A stretch of DNA of 64,000 bases from positions 32,001-96,000 of the forward strand of contig BK006946.2 in the NCBI GenBank assembly GCA_000146045.2, written 5' to 3'. Below are positions 33,501-42,397 of this stretch, in pieces. The notes beneath the pieces were generated by a model, which saw nothing but the letters and a program-made list of their open reading frames with translations, was not told the DNA's origin and searched no databases. Source of the stretch: TPA_inf: Saccharomyces (lineage: Eukaryota). A program made the translations under genes and the position numbers. Position 1 is the stretch's first letter. Each line of letters opens with the position of its first letter.

Positions 33501-35549
33501 GTCTAACAAATCCGATTTGTTCAAGTAAGAAGAAACAAGATGAAGGTAATTCGGTGTCAGCATAGTCATAAATTCACAACATTGTACAATTGAGGTATAA
33601 TCTTTTCTTTGTAGTGATATTTCAAAAATCTCGAAAATTACTTGGATAATCGACGCTCCATTTATGGTGCTGGCTGAAGTATCCAGAGAATTTGATAAAT
33701 ATGACAGAATTTCACTAGATTTCTCGATCGAGGTTTTCGGATCGACAACGTTAGTGACTAACTTTATTATGGATATCATCAATTCATGTTGTAAGTCATC
33801 CAGTTGTGTACCCTTTTCCATATATGAATGTAATAGATTTTGCAATATTCTACCCACCAAAGACCAACCATTGAATTTGTAAAGGAAAATAATCAAATTG
33901 GAAGTAGTTGGCGGCTGTTGTCCATTCTGTTGTTGTTGTTGTTGTTGTTGTTGTTTGATAGTAAGAATTTTTCCCTTTGTTGATTTTGGTATTGACAAGA
34001 GACAATTAGAGTTTTCGTTTTCTAAGGGTGGCGCCACTAGTAAATCAGACTTCAACTCTATCAAATCAGGCACTATAATATCGGAGGATGAAGAAGAGTT
34101 TGTTATTGTATCAGCAATTAAGTCATAATCCAAATCGTTCAAACTACTTTTGGTAACAGCAAATGAACATATATCTTTTAATTCAAAATTGGCAAACTCG
34201 GTATCAATTAAGGCTAAATTAATTAGCGGGATCAGTGATTCGTTCAATAGGGGCAATTTAGCCTTTATGATGCTCAATTTTTTCTCAAAAGTGTCATTAG
34301 TTAAGAAATTCTCAATGAACTGCTCTGGTGCCTTTGAAATTATCTTGGCGAAAACCCGGGAAGTAGATGCAGTTATAGGAATAAAATTTAAAGAAAACTC
34401 CAAAAATACTGTTATTACTGTGGTGTAAACAGGATCAAAGGATAGAATTTCTGAGAGAGTATTCAATTTTTGAAGAACATCATGTGATTCAGCAAACAGA
34501 GCAAATTTCGTTATGTCTGAATCATCAAATGATTCCGACGATTGTAATGCTCGCCTATAATAAAGTATAAATGACCAGGAGTAATGAATCATTGGATGGA
34601 AAATGGGGTCCTCGTTGACGATATTGGTTGCTACATCATTCTCTAGAGCGCTATTGACGGTGTCGAAAGTTTCTGTATCCATGTACAAAGGTGACTGAAT
34701 ATCAAATTGCGCGATTGAAGTGTTCAGTCCAAGTATCAATATAGTTGTGATAGTAAATAAAGATGAAATCCTGGAAATAAGCGTTTCTGAGAGGTAACTG
34801 AGGTCTTGGAAATTCTGAAACTTGTACAATTGTAGTGACGAGGTATCTATACTCTTGTCTGTTGAATTTATATTTCTGCAAAATTCAACAAATTGATTTT
34901 GATACTGTAGAAACCATTGATTGACGATATCTACTGGTACTTTTGTGTTGAGGATCATTAAATTCAAAATTTGTAATATCTGCAAGATAAACTTCAAATC
35001 AGAAAATTTTTTTAACTGCACCAATGAGACAATTGTGAACATGTCTTGATCGTTATTATAATCATGTGCTAAAGATGAAGCTGTAATAATGTCGTAGTTC
35101 TGGATTACAGATGATATTATAGAAATCAATTTCCCCACTACATTGAATCTATCGTTGTCAATAAATGAATATGTCTCGAGGTCGATGTCAGGGTTAACGA
35201 GAAGTGAGTATACTATATGAAGTCTAGATGATCTCTCAGACATAAAGAATTCTACAGCATGAGAAAGGTCCTCAGATTGAGCAAAGAATGGATCATTATC
35301 GACGTTTATTTGCAATAAGTTTGCAATTGTAGAGCGTAACTTGTTATGATCGCCGGAAGAAGTTACATTCTGCCTTATTGTGTTCAGACTCTCGATAAGA
35401 TTTGTCTTGTTAGCTTTCAAAAACTGTCTTATTTGGGCCAATTGCTTGGCATCCACAGCGGATACATCAGCAGCAGCATCGTTCATAAAATTAGCAACAT
35501 GAGTGAAGGTCAATTGTGGAGAGGAATTGCCAAATGAAGGTGTAGCCAT
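30582..35549 (-). CDS. NUP188: Large inner-ring nucleoporin (alpha-solenoid)
   Basis: 1655-aa ORF. It is helical and Leu-rich throughout, with an internal Q9 tract. Length and position match YML103C. Confidence 0.9.
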   Translation of the reverse strand: MATPSFGNSSPQLTFTHVANFMNDAAADVSAVDAKQLAQIRQFLKANKTNLIESLNTIRQNVTSSGDHNKLRSTIANLLQINVDNDPFFAQSEDLSHAVEFFMSERSSRLHIVYSLLVNPDIDLETYSFIDNDRFNVVGKLISIISSVIQNYDIITASSLAHDYNNDQDMFTIVSLVQLKKFSDLKFILQILQILNLMILNTKVPVDIVNQWFLQYQNQFVEFCRNINSTDKSIDTSSLQLYKFQNFQDLSYLSETLISRISSLFTITTILILGLNTSIAQFDIQSPLYMDTETFDTVNSALENDVATNIVNEDPIFHPMIHYSWSFILYYRRALQSSESFDDSDITKFALFAESHDVLQKLNTLSEILSFDPVYTTVITVFLEFSLNFIPITASTSRVFAKIISKAPEQFIENFLTNDTFEKKLSIIKAKLPLLNESLIPLINLALIDTEFANFELKDICSFAVTKSSLNDLDYDLIADTITNSSSSSDIIVPDLIELKSDLLVAPPLENENSNCLLSIPKSTKGKILTIKQQQQQQQQQNGQQPPTTSNLIIFLYKFNGWSLVGRILQNLLHSYMEKGTQLDDLQHELMISIIKLVTNVVDPKTSIEKSSEILSYLSNSLDTSASTINGASIIQVIFEIFEISLQRKDYTSIVQCCEFMTMLTPNYLHLVSSYLNKSDLLDKYGKTGLSNMILGSVELSTGDYTFTIQLLKLTKVFIRESLSLKNIHISKRSKIDIINKLILHAIHIFESYYNWKYNNFLQKFEIAFHLTLIFYDVLHDVFTINPHQKDQLIISSSANKLLQLFLTPMDSIDLAPNTLTNILISPLNTTTKILGDKILGNLYSKVMNNSFKLCTLLIAIRGSNRDLKPSNLEKLLFINSSKLVDVYTLPSYVHFKVQIIELLSYLVEAPWNDDYPFLLSFLGEAKSMAFLKEVLSDLSSPVQDWNLLRSLYIFFTTLLESKQDGLSILFLTGQFASNKKINDESSIDKKSSILTVLQKNSLLLDSTPEEVSCKLLETITYVLNTWTNSKIFIKDPKFVNSLLAKLKDSKKLFQKKENLTRDETVSLIKKYKLISRIVEIFALCIYNSTDSNSEILNFLNQEDLFELVHHFFQIDGFNKTFHDELNLKFKEKWPSLELQSFQKIPLSRINENENFGYDIPLLDIVLKADRSWNEPSKSQTNFKEEITDASLNLQYVNYEISTAKAWGALITTFVKRSTVPLNDGFVDLVEHFLKLNIDFGSDKQMFTQIYLERIELSFYILYSFKLSGKLLKEEKIIELMNKIFTIFKSGEIDFIKNIGKSLKNNFYRPLLRSVLVLLELVSSGDRFIELISDQLLEFFELVFSKGVYLILSEILCQINKCSTRGLSTDHTTQIVNLEDNTQDLLLLLSLFKKITNVNPSKNFNVILASSLNEVGTLKVILNLYSSAHLIRINDEPILGQITLTFISELCSIEPIAAKLINSGLYSVLLESPLSVAIQQGDIKPEFSPRLHNIWSNGLLSIVLLLLSQFGIKVLPETCLFVSYFGKQIKSTIYNWGDNKLAVSSSLIKETNQLVLLQKMLNLLNYQELFIQPKNSDDQQEAVELVIGLDSEHDKKRLSAALSKFLTHPKYLNSRIIPTTLEEQQQLEDESSRLEFVKGISRDIKALQDSLFKDV
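33928..33957 (-). repeat. NUP188: (CAA)n run, seen as TTG on the plus strand, encoding a Q9 tract inside NUP188
   Basis: About nine uninterrupted TTG units on the plus strand. NUP188 translation shows '…IKQQQQQQQQQNGQQ…'. Confidence 0.85.
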
Positions 35550-36293
35550 GGCTGATGGGGTCCTTTTTTTAGCGGTGGAAAGGGTTATCTCTTTATTTGT
35601 GTTTCTGTTCGAATATTAAAGATGTCTCAAAGTATTCATTTCAAGAAGAAAATTTTTGGTATTACAAAATATTCTTACCCGGAATATATACATATATACC
35701 TTAACTACAAGCAGGAGCCGGCTTTCTGGCAAGGAGGGAGAAGACATAGATTGTTTGCGTATATATGTGGGAATAGCGTCCAAGCACGCCCGTGGCTGAG
35801 GGAGCACCACGATCGTTCGGTGTACTTGACACCTCTATATGGTATGTTCTTCCCTGATATTGATATCAGCACAATTACGGCTCTAAGAAACGATGAATAT
35901 AAAAAACGTTAATTAGGAATTTGACATATGTGCTAGTATTCGGGCCCCTGAGCAAGTTTGTGCGCACGACGCCTGTCCGTTGCTGCACATGCTTGCGTGG
36001 GGCCTTTTTGTCGTGTTTTTATTTAGGGACTGTTATCGAAGGAATAGATTTCTGTGGTGAAAAGTAGAAAACTACTAGCTTTTATAGACGGTGGGGGAGA
36101 AAAAGGAAAATTAGAATTGAAAAAAATTTGAAAAAATATGAAAATGTGAAAAGGACGCCTTATTTCCTTGGGTTGCCCGGCGAACACGTTAGTTAACTCG
36201 CTGTCTAACTGATGGGCTATTATTATAGCGTTATAGTACGTATCAGAATTTAAAAGAAGGAGGCAGAAAAGCTTAGAGCAAAGGGGCAGGACA

Positions 36294-37700
36294 ATGGAAG
36301 CTTCACATTTGCAAATCTACTGGCATGATTCACAACCCGTTTACTCGCTCACATTCCAAAAGAACAGTGCGAACGACAAGCTTTTCACCGCTGGTGGTGA
36401 TAACAAGGTTAGGATATGGAAGTTGAACAGAGATGAAAACGGACAAAATGGGGGGGTGCGTAAGATTGAAAGCCTTGACTTTCTTGGCTCGCTGACGCAT
36501 CACGAACAGGCCATAAATGTAATCCGATTCAACTCGAAGGGTGACGTACTGGCGTCTGCGGGCGATGACGGCCAAGTGCTGCTATGGAAGCAAGAAGATC
36601 CAAATACACAGCAAGAATCTGTGGTCAGACCATTCGGAATGGATGCGGAGACTAGTGAAGCAGACGAGAACAAGGAGAAATGGGTTGTGTGGAAACGGCT
36701 GCGTGGTGGTAGCGGTGCTACTGCGGCGGCAGAGATTTACGATCTAGCGTGGTCACCTGATAACAGGAACATAGTGGTGGCATGTATGGACAATTCGATA
36801 CGACTGTTCGATGTTGGAGCTGGGATGCTGGTATGCGGCCAGTCGGATCATGGTCACTACGTCCAAGGTGTTGCATGGGACCCATTAAATCAGTTTATTC
36901 TCTCACAGTCTGCGGACCGGTCTCTGCATGTATATGGAGTCATTCTTTCATCTGCAGGAGTGGTTACAGGGCTGAAACTTAGAAGTAAGATTGCCAAGGC
37001 AGAACTGCCTTGTCCAGGTGATGTCCTGAGGACAAATTACCTTTTTCACAACGAGACGCTACCTTCATTCTTTAGGCGATGCAGCATATCGCCTTGTGGT
37101 GGTTTGGTCGTAATTCCCAGTGGTGTGTATAAGGTGGCTGGTGATGAAGTCGCGAACTGCGTATACGTGTATACTAGATCTGGAATACTGAACAGCGCTG
37201 GTGGCGTTAAAAACCGGCCTGCGATTAGAATCCCATCTTTGAAGAAACCAGCGCTGATGGCGGCTTTCTCGCCCGTATTTTACGAAACGTGCCAGAAGAG
37301 TGTGCTTAAGCTGCCCTATAAGCTAGTATTTGCCATAGCAACGACTAACGAAGTACTCGTGTACGACACGGATGTATTGGAGCCGTTATGCGTTGTGGGA
37401 AATATACATTACTCACCCATAACTGATTTAGCATGGTCTGAGGATGGCTCGACCCTACTAATCTCATCAACAGACGGATTCTGTTCGTATGTATCGATCG
37501 ACACAGAAACGCAATTCGGTTCAAGGATAGAGCCGCCAGCGATGCATGCAGAGCCACTAGACACTGACGAGAGCGCGGTAGCGGCTAAGAACCAGCGCGA
37601 GGCAGGTGGGATCGTGAACATGCTGCCGGTGAAGAAGATCCCCTGCAATAGTAGCGATAGTAAAAAGAGGCGCATACATCCTACGCCAGTCGATTTGTGA
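36294..37700 (+). CDS. CAC2: Chromatin assembly factor 1 (CAF-1) p60 subunit, WD40 repeat protein
   Basis: 468-aa ORF. It has WD40 repeats ('[11 protein letters not shown]', '[13 protein letters not shown]', '[12 protein letters not shown]'). The length equals CAC2. Confidence 0.92.
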
Positions 37701-37734
37701 TTTTTAATATATTTAATGCGGTACATAAGAATGC

Positions 37735-38088
37735 CTAATCTAGTTTGCCAGCGAAGATATTTTCCATTGTGTGCTCAATGGACCCTGTGTTCCTGAGATC
37801 TTGCACGACTTTTTCCTGAGGCACATGTGGCGCCATCGTCATCACGATTTCAACCATGTCACTATTAACGGCTCTCTTTCGATCACTACCATGTCTGTTT
37901 AACCGAGCAACGCGTTCCTCCGGAGCCGATGGTACTGGCTCCGGAGAAGGGTCGTTGGTGGCGACCGAGGGCGCCGGTTTGGCATCCTGTACGGTTCGCG
38001 AGGGTACTTGCTTGGCGCCCCTGTGTTTCACGGTGTAAACAAACAAGCACACCATCGTCAGTATAAACACTATAGTCGATCCATCCAT
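37735..38088 (-). CDS. CUE4: ER membrane protein with C-terminal CUE (ubiquitin-binding) domain
   Basis: 117-aa ORF. It has an N-terminal transmembrane helix ([13 protein letters not shown]) and a C-terminal CUE-like segment ('[35 protein letters not shown]'). Confidence 0.85.
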
Positions 38089-38137
38089 TTTTACTTTTGT
38101 GCGCGTGGGTAGCCGTGCCTCGTCTGTGTGTGTGGGA

Positions 38138-38311
38138 ATGTATAAATGTGTCCCGAGTTATTATTCTAAAGCGGGCACCATTGTAGTAACTTATTGCGAA
38201 ATTTCTGCTCTTCTCGTCTCGCTCAAAAATCGCGTTCAGGGTAAAAGGGGCGAAACAGAGGGCCAGATAGAAATTTCGAGAAAAGCGGGTCACCCCGCCC
38301 CTGCATTTTGA
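38138..38311 (+). CDS. Small ORF (57 aa) in the CUE4–TSL1 intergenic region; hypothetical protein
   Basis: I recall an annotated 57-aa YML100W-A here, starting at 'MYKCVPSYYSKAGTIV' within the 70-aa ORF at 38099..38311. There is no recognisable domain. It overlaps the STRE cluster of the TSL1 promoter, so its coding status is uncertain. Confidence 0.3.
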   Translation: MYKCVPSYYSKAGTIVVTYCEISALLVSLKNRVQGKRGETEGQIEISRKAGHPAPAF

Positions 38312-38449
38312 TATGGCGTATTTGGGATTGCTTGCTCGAAAGTGTCTAAGTCCGGCTGGCGGGCCTGGCGCCCTCGCCGAAGGGAGATAGGAAGGGGCGG
38401 GGGTCCGGGCAGCGGCTATGGTGTCAGTTACCTAGGGAAGGAGAAGGGG
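38246..38449. promoter_or_regulatory. Cluster of four STRE core motifs (AGGGG/CCCCT; Msn2/Msn4) in a GC-rich island upstream of TSL1
   Basis: AGGGG at 38246–38250, CCCCT at 38298–38302, AGGGG at 38393–38397 and AGGGG at 38445–38449. These lie 175–380 bp upstream of the TSL1 ATG. TSL1 is a classic general-stress-induced gene. Confidence 0.75.
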
Positions 38450-38623
38450 GTAGAACCAAGGGGCTAGCACACTCACCCTGGGGCCCCCGTCTAGCCAAGC
38501 TTAAATATAAATACTAATGTAACTATAAATATAAGGATCTACCGTGTCATTGCACATCCACCCACCCGTCGATTAAAAAACCAAACAAAGCAAAGAATAC
38601 AATAGCAACGCAAGATCAACACA

Positions 38624-41600
38624 ATGGCTCTCATCGTGGCATCTTTGTTTTTGCCCTACCAACCACAATTCGAGCTTGACACCTCTCTCCCTGAGAACTC
38701 GCAGGTGGACTCATCTCTCGTGAACATCCAGGCTATGGCCAATGACCAACAGCAACAACGTGCGCTTTCTAACAACATCTCACAGGAATCATTGGTCGCG
38801 CCAGCACCAGAACAAGGTGTCCCCCCAGCAATCTCAAGGAGTGCCACCAGGTCACCCAGTGCTTTCAACCGCGCCTCGTCTACGACAAATACTGCCACTT
38901 TAGATGATCTTGTCTCTTCGGACATATTCATGGAAAACTTGACTGCGAATGCAACTACCTCACATACGCCAACAAGCAAGACTATGCTTAAACCCCGGAA
39001 AAATGGTTCCGTGGAACGATTCTTCTCCCCTTCTTCCAATATTCCCACGGATCGCATCGCATCGCCAATCCAGCATGAGCATGACTCCGGTTCGAGAATT
39101 GCTTCGCCAATCCAACAGCAACAGCAGGACCCCACGACCAACTTATTAAAGAACGTCAACAAGTCATTGTTAGTGCACTCACTGTTGAACAACACCTCAC
39201 AAACTAGCCTAGAAGGACCCAACAACCACATTGTTACCCCGAAATCGAGGGCGGGCAACAGGCCTACTTCGGCGGCTACTTCTTTAGTTAATAGGACCAA
39301 ACAAGGTTCGGCCTCCTCTGGATCTTCTGGGTCTTCTGCGCCACCTTCCATTAAAAGGATTACGCCCCACTTGACTGCGTCTGCTGCAAAACAGCGTCCC
39401 TTATTGGCTAAACAGCCTTCTAATCTGAAATATTCGGAGTTAGCAGATATTTCGTCGAGTGAGACGTCTTCGCAGCATAATGAGTCGGACCCGGATGATC
39501 TAACTACTGCCCCTGACGAGGAATATGTTTCTGATTTGGAAATGGATGACGCGAAGCAGGACTACAAGGTTCCAAAGTTCGGCGGCTATTCCAATAAATC
39601 TAAACTTAAGAAATATGCGCTGTTAAGGTCATCTCAGGAGCTGTTTAGCCGTCTTCCATGGTCGATCGTTCCCTCTATCAAAGGTAATGGCGCCATGAAG
39701 AACGCCATAAACACTGCAGTCTTGGAGAATATCATTCCGCACCGTCATGTTAAGTGGGTCGGTACCGTCGGAATCCCAACGGATGAGATTCCGGAAAATA
39801 TCCTTGCGAACATCTCTGACTCTTTAAAAGACAAGTACGACTCCTATCCTGTCCTTACGGACGACGACACCTTCAAAGCCGCATACAAAAACTACTGTAA
39901 ACAAATCTTGTGGCCTACGCTGCATTACCAGATTCCAGACAATCCGAACTCGAAGGCTTTTGAAGATCACTCTTGGAAGTTCTATAGAAACTTAAACCAA
40001 AGGTTTGCGGACGCGATCGTTAAAATCTATAAGAAAGGTGACACCATCTGGATTCATGATTACCATTTAATGCTGGTTCCGCAGATGGTGAGAGACGTCT
40101 TGCCTTTTGCCAAAATAGGATTTACCTTACATGTCTCGTTCCCCAGTAGTGAAGTGTTTAGGTGTCTGGCTCAGCGTGAGAAGATCTTAGAAGGCTTGAC
40201 CGGTGCAGACTTTGTCGGCTTCCAGACGAGGGAGTATGCAAGACATTTCTTACAGACGTCTAACCGTCTGCTAATGGCGGACGTGGTACATGATGAAGAG
40301 CTAAAGTATAACGGCAGAGTCGTTTCTGTGAGGTTCACCCCAGTTGGTATCGACGCCTTTGATTTGCAATCGCAATTGAAGGATGGAAGTGTCATGCAAT
40401 GGCGTCAATTGATTCGTGAAAGATGGCAAGGGAAAAAACTAATTGTGTGTCGTGATCAATTCGATAGAATTAGAGGTATTCACAAGAAATTGTTGGCTTA
40501 TGAAAAATTCTTGGTCGAAAATCCGGAATACGTGGAAAAATCGACTTTAATTCAAATCTGTATTGGAAGCAGTAAGGATGTAGAACTGGAGCGCCAGATC
40601 ATGATTGTCGTGGATAGAATCAACTCGCTATCCACCAATATTAGTATTTCTCAACCTGTGGTGTTTTTGCATCAAGATCTAGATTTTTCTCAGTATTTAG
40701 CTTTGAGTTCAGAGGCAGATTTGTTCGTAGTCAGCTCTCTAAGGGAAGGTATGAACTTGACATGTCACGAATTTATCGTTTGTTCTGAGGACAAAAATGC
40801 TCCCCTACTGTTGTCAGAATTTACTGGTAGTGCATCTTTATTGAATGATGGCGCTATAATAATTAACCCATGGGATACCAAGAACTTCTCACAAGCCATT
40901 CTCAAGGGGTTGGAGATGCCATTCGATAAGAGAAGGCCACAGTGGAAGAAATTGATGAAAGACATTATCAACAACGACTCTACAAACTGGATCAAGACTT
41001 CTTTACAAGATATTCATATTTCGTGGCAATTCAATCAAGAAGGTTCCAAGATCTTCAAATTGAATACAAAAACACTGATGGAAGATTACCAGTCATCTAA
41101 AAAGCGTATGTTTGTTTTCAACATTGCTGAACCACCTTCATCGAGAATGATTTCCATACTGAATGACATGACTTCTAAGGGCAATATCGTTTACATCATG
41201 AACTCATTTCCAAAGCCCATTCTGGAAAATCTTTACAGTCGTGTGCAAAACATTGGGTTGATTGCCGAGAATGGTGCATACGTTAGTCTGAACGGTGTAT
41301 GGTACAACATTGTTGATCAAGTCGATTGGCGTAACGATGTAGCCAAAATTCTCGAGGACAAAGTGGAGAGATTACCTGGCTCGTACTACAAGATAAATGA
41401 GTCCATGATCAAGTTCCACACTGAAAATGCGGAAGATCAAGATCGTGTAGCTAGTGTTATCGGTGATGCCATCACACATATCAATACTGTTTTTGACCAC
41501 AGAGGTATTCATGCCTACGTTTACAAAAACGTTGTTTCCGTACAACAAGTGGGACTTTCCTTATCGGCAGCTCAATTTCTTTTCAGATTCTATAATTCTG

Positions 41601-41920
41601 CTTCGGATCCACTGGATACGAGTTCCGGCCAAATCACAAATATTCAGACACCATCTCAACAAAATCCTTCAGATCAAGAACAACAACCTCCAGCCTCTCC
41701 CACTGTGTCGATGAACCATATTGATTTCGCATGTGTCTCTGGTTCATCGTCTCCTGTGCTTGAACCATTGTTCAAATTGGTCAATGATGAAGCAAGTGAA
41801 GGGCAAGTAAAAGCCGGACACGCCATTGTTTATGGTGATGCTACTTCTACTTATGCCAAAGAACATGTAAATGGGTTAAACGAACTTTTCACGATCATTT
41901 CAAGAATCATTGAAGATTAA
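38624..41920 (+). CDS. TSL1: Trehalose-6-phosphate synthase/phosphatase complex regulatory subunit (GT20 plus phosphatase-like domains)
   Basis: 1098-aa ORF. It has an N-terminal Ser-rich disordered region, then GT20-like (Tps1-like) and Tps2-like domains. The length equals TSL1 (1098). Its paralogue TPS3 is shorter and located elsewhere. Confidence 0.9.
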   Translation: MALIVASLFLPYQPQFELDTSLPENSQVDSSLVNIQAMANDQQQQRALSNNISQESLVAPAPEQGVPPAISRSATRSPSAFNRASSTTNTATLDDLVSSDIFMENLTANATTSHTPTSKTMLKPRKNGSVERFFSPSSNIPTDRIASPIQHEHDSGSRIASPIQQQQQDPTTNLLKNVNKSLLVHSLLNNTSQTSLEGPNNHIVTPKSRAGNRPTSAATSLVNRTKQGSASSGSSGSSAPPSIKRITPHLTASAAKQRPLLAKQPSNLKYSELADISSSETSSQHNESDPDDLTTAPDEEYVSDLEMDDAKQDYKVPKFGGYSNKSKLKKYALLRSSQELFSRLPWSIVPSIKGNGAMKNAINTAVLENIIPHRHVKWVGTVGIPTDEIPENILANISDSLKDKYDSYPVLTDDDTFKAAYKNYCKQILWPTLHYQIPDNPNSKAFEDHSWKFYRNLNQRFADAIVKIYKKGDTIWIHDYHLMLVPQMVRDVLPFAKIGFTLHVSFPSSEVFRCLAQREKILEGLTGADFVGFQTREYARHFLQTSNRLLMADVVHDEELKYNGRVVSVRFTPVGIDAFDLQSQLKDGSVMQWRQLIRERWQGKKLIVCRDQFDRIRGIHKKLLAYEKFLVENPEYVEKSTLIQICIGSSKDVELERQIMIVVDRINSLSTNISISQPVVFLHQDLDFSQYLALSSEADLFVVSSLREGMNLTCHEFIVCSEDKNAPLLLSEFTGSASLLNDGAIIINPWDTKNFSQAILKGLEMPFDKRRPQWKKLMKDIINNDSTNWIKTSLQDIHISWQFNQEGSKIFKLNTKTLMEDYQSSKKRMFVFNIAEPPSSRMISILNDMTSKGNIVYIMNSFPKPILENLYSRVQNIGLIAENGAYVSLNGVWYNIVDQVDWRNDVAKILEDKVERLPGSYYKINESMIKFHTENAEDQDRVASVIGDAITHINTVFDHRGIHAYVYKNVVSVQQVGLSLSAAQFLFRFYNSASDPLDTSSGQITNIQTPSQQNPSDQEQQPPASPTVSMNHIDFACVSGSSSPVLEPLFKLVNDEASEGQVKAGHAIVYGDATSTYAKEHVNGLNELFTIISRIIED

Positions 41921-42397
41921 ATTTTACCATTTTAAAATTTTAATTTTCTTGGGTATGAACTTTTATTTTCAACTGCTTATTATATATCAATTCTATAAAT
42001 TTTTTTCTTCTCTCTAACGACCAATTATAAAATTCATCCTCTTATTTATTACAGCATCTTATACATTATGTATATGGGTAGCTATTATTCATTTTTGCTT
42101 CGTAAGGTCTTTTTTTGTCAACTTTTTCATCCTAAGCGGCTAAAAGTGATTGGAGAGGAATGTCCAGGCGACCAATGATAAAAACGCTTTCTCTTGGAAC
42201 AAGAAATAGGAGCAATTGACAGTTGTCGATGAACAGCGAAAATAGTAAGATAACCTTCAAGCCCAATATTCTAATTAAAGGCGTTTATATATTTGTACTT
42301 TATGGTATGTGCATATGTATTGTAAAGAATTATTTCAAGACACAGCTCTTCCAGCTACTGGCTCCGGCTATTCATGAAAAATCCAAAAATAACATAT

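Noticed and set aside
38656-39351. 231-aa ORF antisense to the 5' part of TSL1
   Set aside because: It is antisense to the Ser/Ala-rich low-complexity N-terminal region of TSL1. Such composition-biased regions routinely open long antisense frames. The product is Cys/Glu-rich nonsense.
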